Assembly (NCBI RefSeq): GCF_006345805.1
Contig: NC_043004.1
Coordinates: 81,220,001-81,284,000 of the forward strand
Length of the DNA: 64,000 nucleotides
Source: Octopus sinensis
Taxonomy: Eukaryota
Direction: 5' to 3'
Shown here: positions 62,955-64,000 of the stretch, in pieces
Layout of the letters: each line of letters begins with the position of its first letter
Numbering within the stretch: position 1 is the stretch's first letter
Made by a program: the position numbers and the translations under genes
The notes under the pieces: generated by a model
The model's input: the letters and a program-made list of their open reading frames with translations, nothing else
Told to the model about the DNA's origin: nothing
Databases searched by the model: none

Positions 62955-63352
62955 TGTCACATCGCAGAGCGATTCGGACTCCGTATCAAAGCTTGTCTGA
63001 TGCATTCCAAATTTTCTGGGGTCCGTACAGTTCATGGCTCCCCCACCAGTCTCCTATTCATCAGAATACATCGTGTACGAAGTGCATTCATTCAACGTAA
63101 GATTGTGTTACGCGGGGGGGCAGCCTGATTTTGGCGAATGTTGAAGTGGCACCAAAACTCACGCTGAACTGCTTCACATGACTGTCGTAGGCAAACACGC
63201 GATGCTCTATCGTCCACGGTGCCATGGCTTTACCTGAAAAGAAAAAGAAATTCTAAGATACCACAGAACGAATGGTACCTGTCGGACATATGTCCTTCCC
63301 ATTGGAGCTGAGTAATAGACTTTTAAAAAACGTCCGCTCTCTCTGCCTCACT
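62955..63352 (-). mobile_element. Left end and N-terminal HTH region of a Tc1/mariner-like transposase
   Basis: ATG at 63225: MAPWTIEHRVFAYDS..REF..HFNIRQN..PRNTILR..RTVRTPEN..QALIRSPNRSA; degraded. Confidence 0.7.
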
Positions 63353-63368
63353 CTCTCTCTTTCTTTCT

Positions 63369-63461
<93 letters not shown>

Positions 63462-63928
63462 ATGCCAGATAGATATATCGAGTTGCCCTTCCCCTCAGAT
63501 TTGCTAACCTTATGTGTATTTGTGTGTGTGTGTGTGTATGTGTGTGTGTGTGTTTGTTTACGTCTATGTGTTGTATCTGTAAGAGGAGAATTCTGTGTGC
63601 GTGTGTGCATATATTAATTGATAATTGCATAGCCACATGCATGTTTATGTACGTATAAGTGTTTGTATAGTCATACCTACATATATATGTATATATACAT
63701 GCTTATATGGGTACAGGACATCAAAACAACGTGAACAAAAAGGGAAACGAGAACATAAAAAAAGACAACAAATATTTTTTCGAACAACGAAAGAAACTCA
63801 TAGAGAAACGAGACAGGCAAGATAAAGGACATTCCCTTCATCAGTTGTCTCCTGTTTTATCTACTCTGCGTTTCGAAGGTAGGGACAAGACGCAACTTCT
63901 TAAAAGCATTCCTTCCCTCAAAGCAAAT

Positions 63929-63982
<54 letters not shown>

Positions 63983-64000
63983 CGAAGGAGTGGCTGGGTG

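Noticed and set aside
63815-63885. CTGATGA and GAAAC in permuted order (type II HHR?) on the minus strand
   Set aside because: The needed stem II pairing overlaps the core itself, and the sister copy at ~33180 lacks the motif.

Overview
Repeat-saturated eukaryotic window. The very dense microsatellites and the SINE families point to a coleoid cephalopod, most likely Octopus (inference). No intact host gene is visible. The only host-coding sequence is a 179-codon HERC1-like fragment (62461->61925) that has no introns and no splice sites. Mobile content: (1) a near-intact Penelope-like element (PLE; Naiad-type RT + GIY-YIG) with a partial tandem copy at 56133-60400; (2) an old, degraded PLE at ~7170-11430; (3) a full-length Tx1/L1-clade LINE inside a (TC)n tract at 48032-53472; (4) several R4/Dong-type RLE LINE fragments in (TAA)n or (TACA)n; (5) mariner/Tc1 remnants; (6) GG-ended TIR elements with 8-bp TSDs (Merlin-like); (7) pogo-like MITEs; (8) dozens of tRNA-derived SINE copies. 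Reading the sequence by hand found about 18 type I hammerhead-ribozyme (HHR) motifs in several families, many with non-canonical cores. Top leads: (a) a retrozyme-like array of 561-bp units with two co-oriented HHRs that could release a ~560-nt monomer; (b) a composite PLE insertion that appears to have stitched in HERC1 mRNA and a second host-like sequence at 4-nt microhomologies; (c) a Meta-type SINE whose 3' tail matches the 3' end of the Tx1 LINE. All folds and alignments were done by eye, no database searches were run, and SINE and repeat boundaries are approximate.
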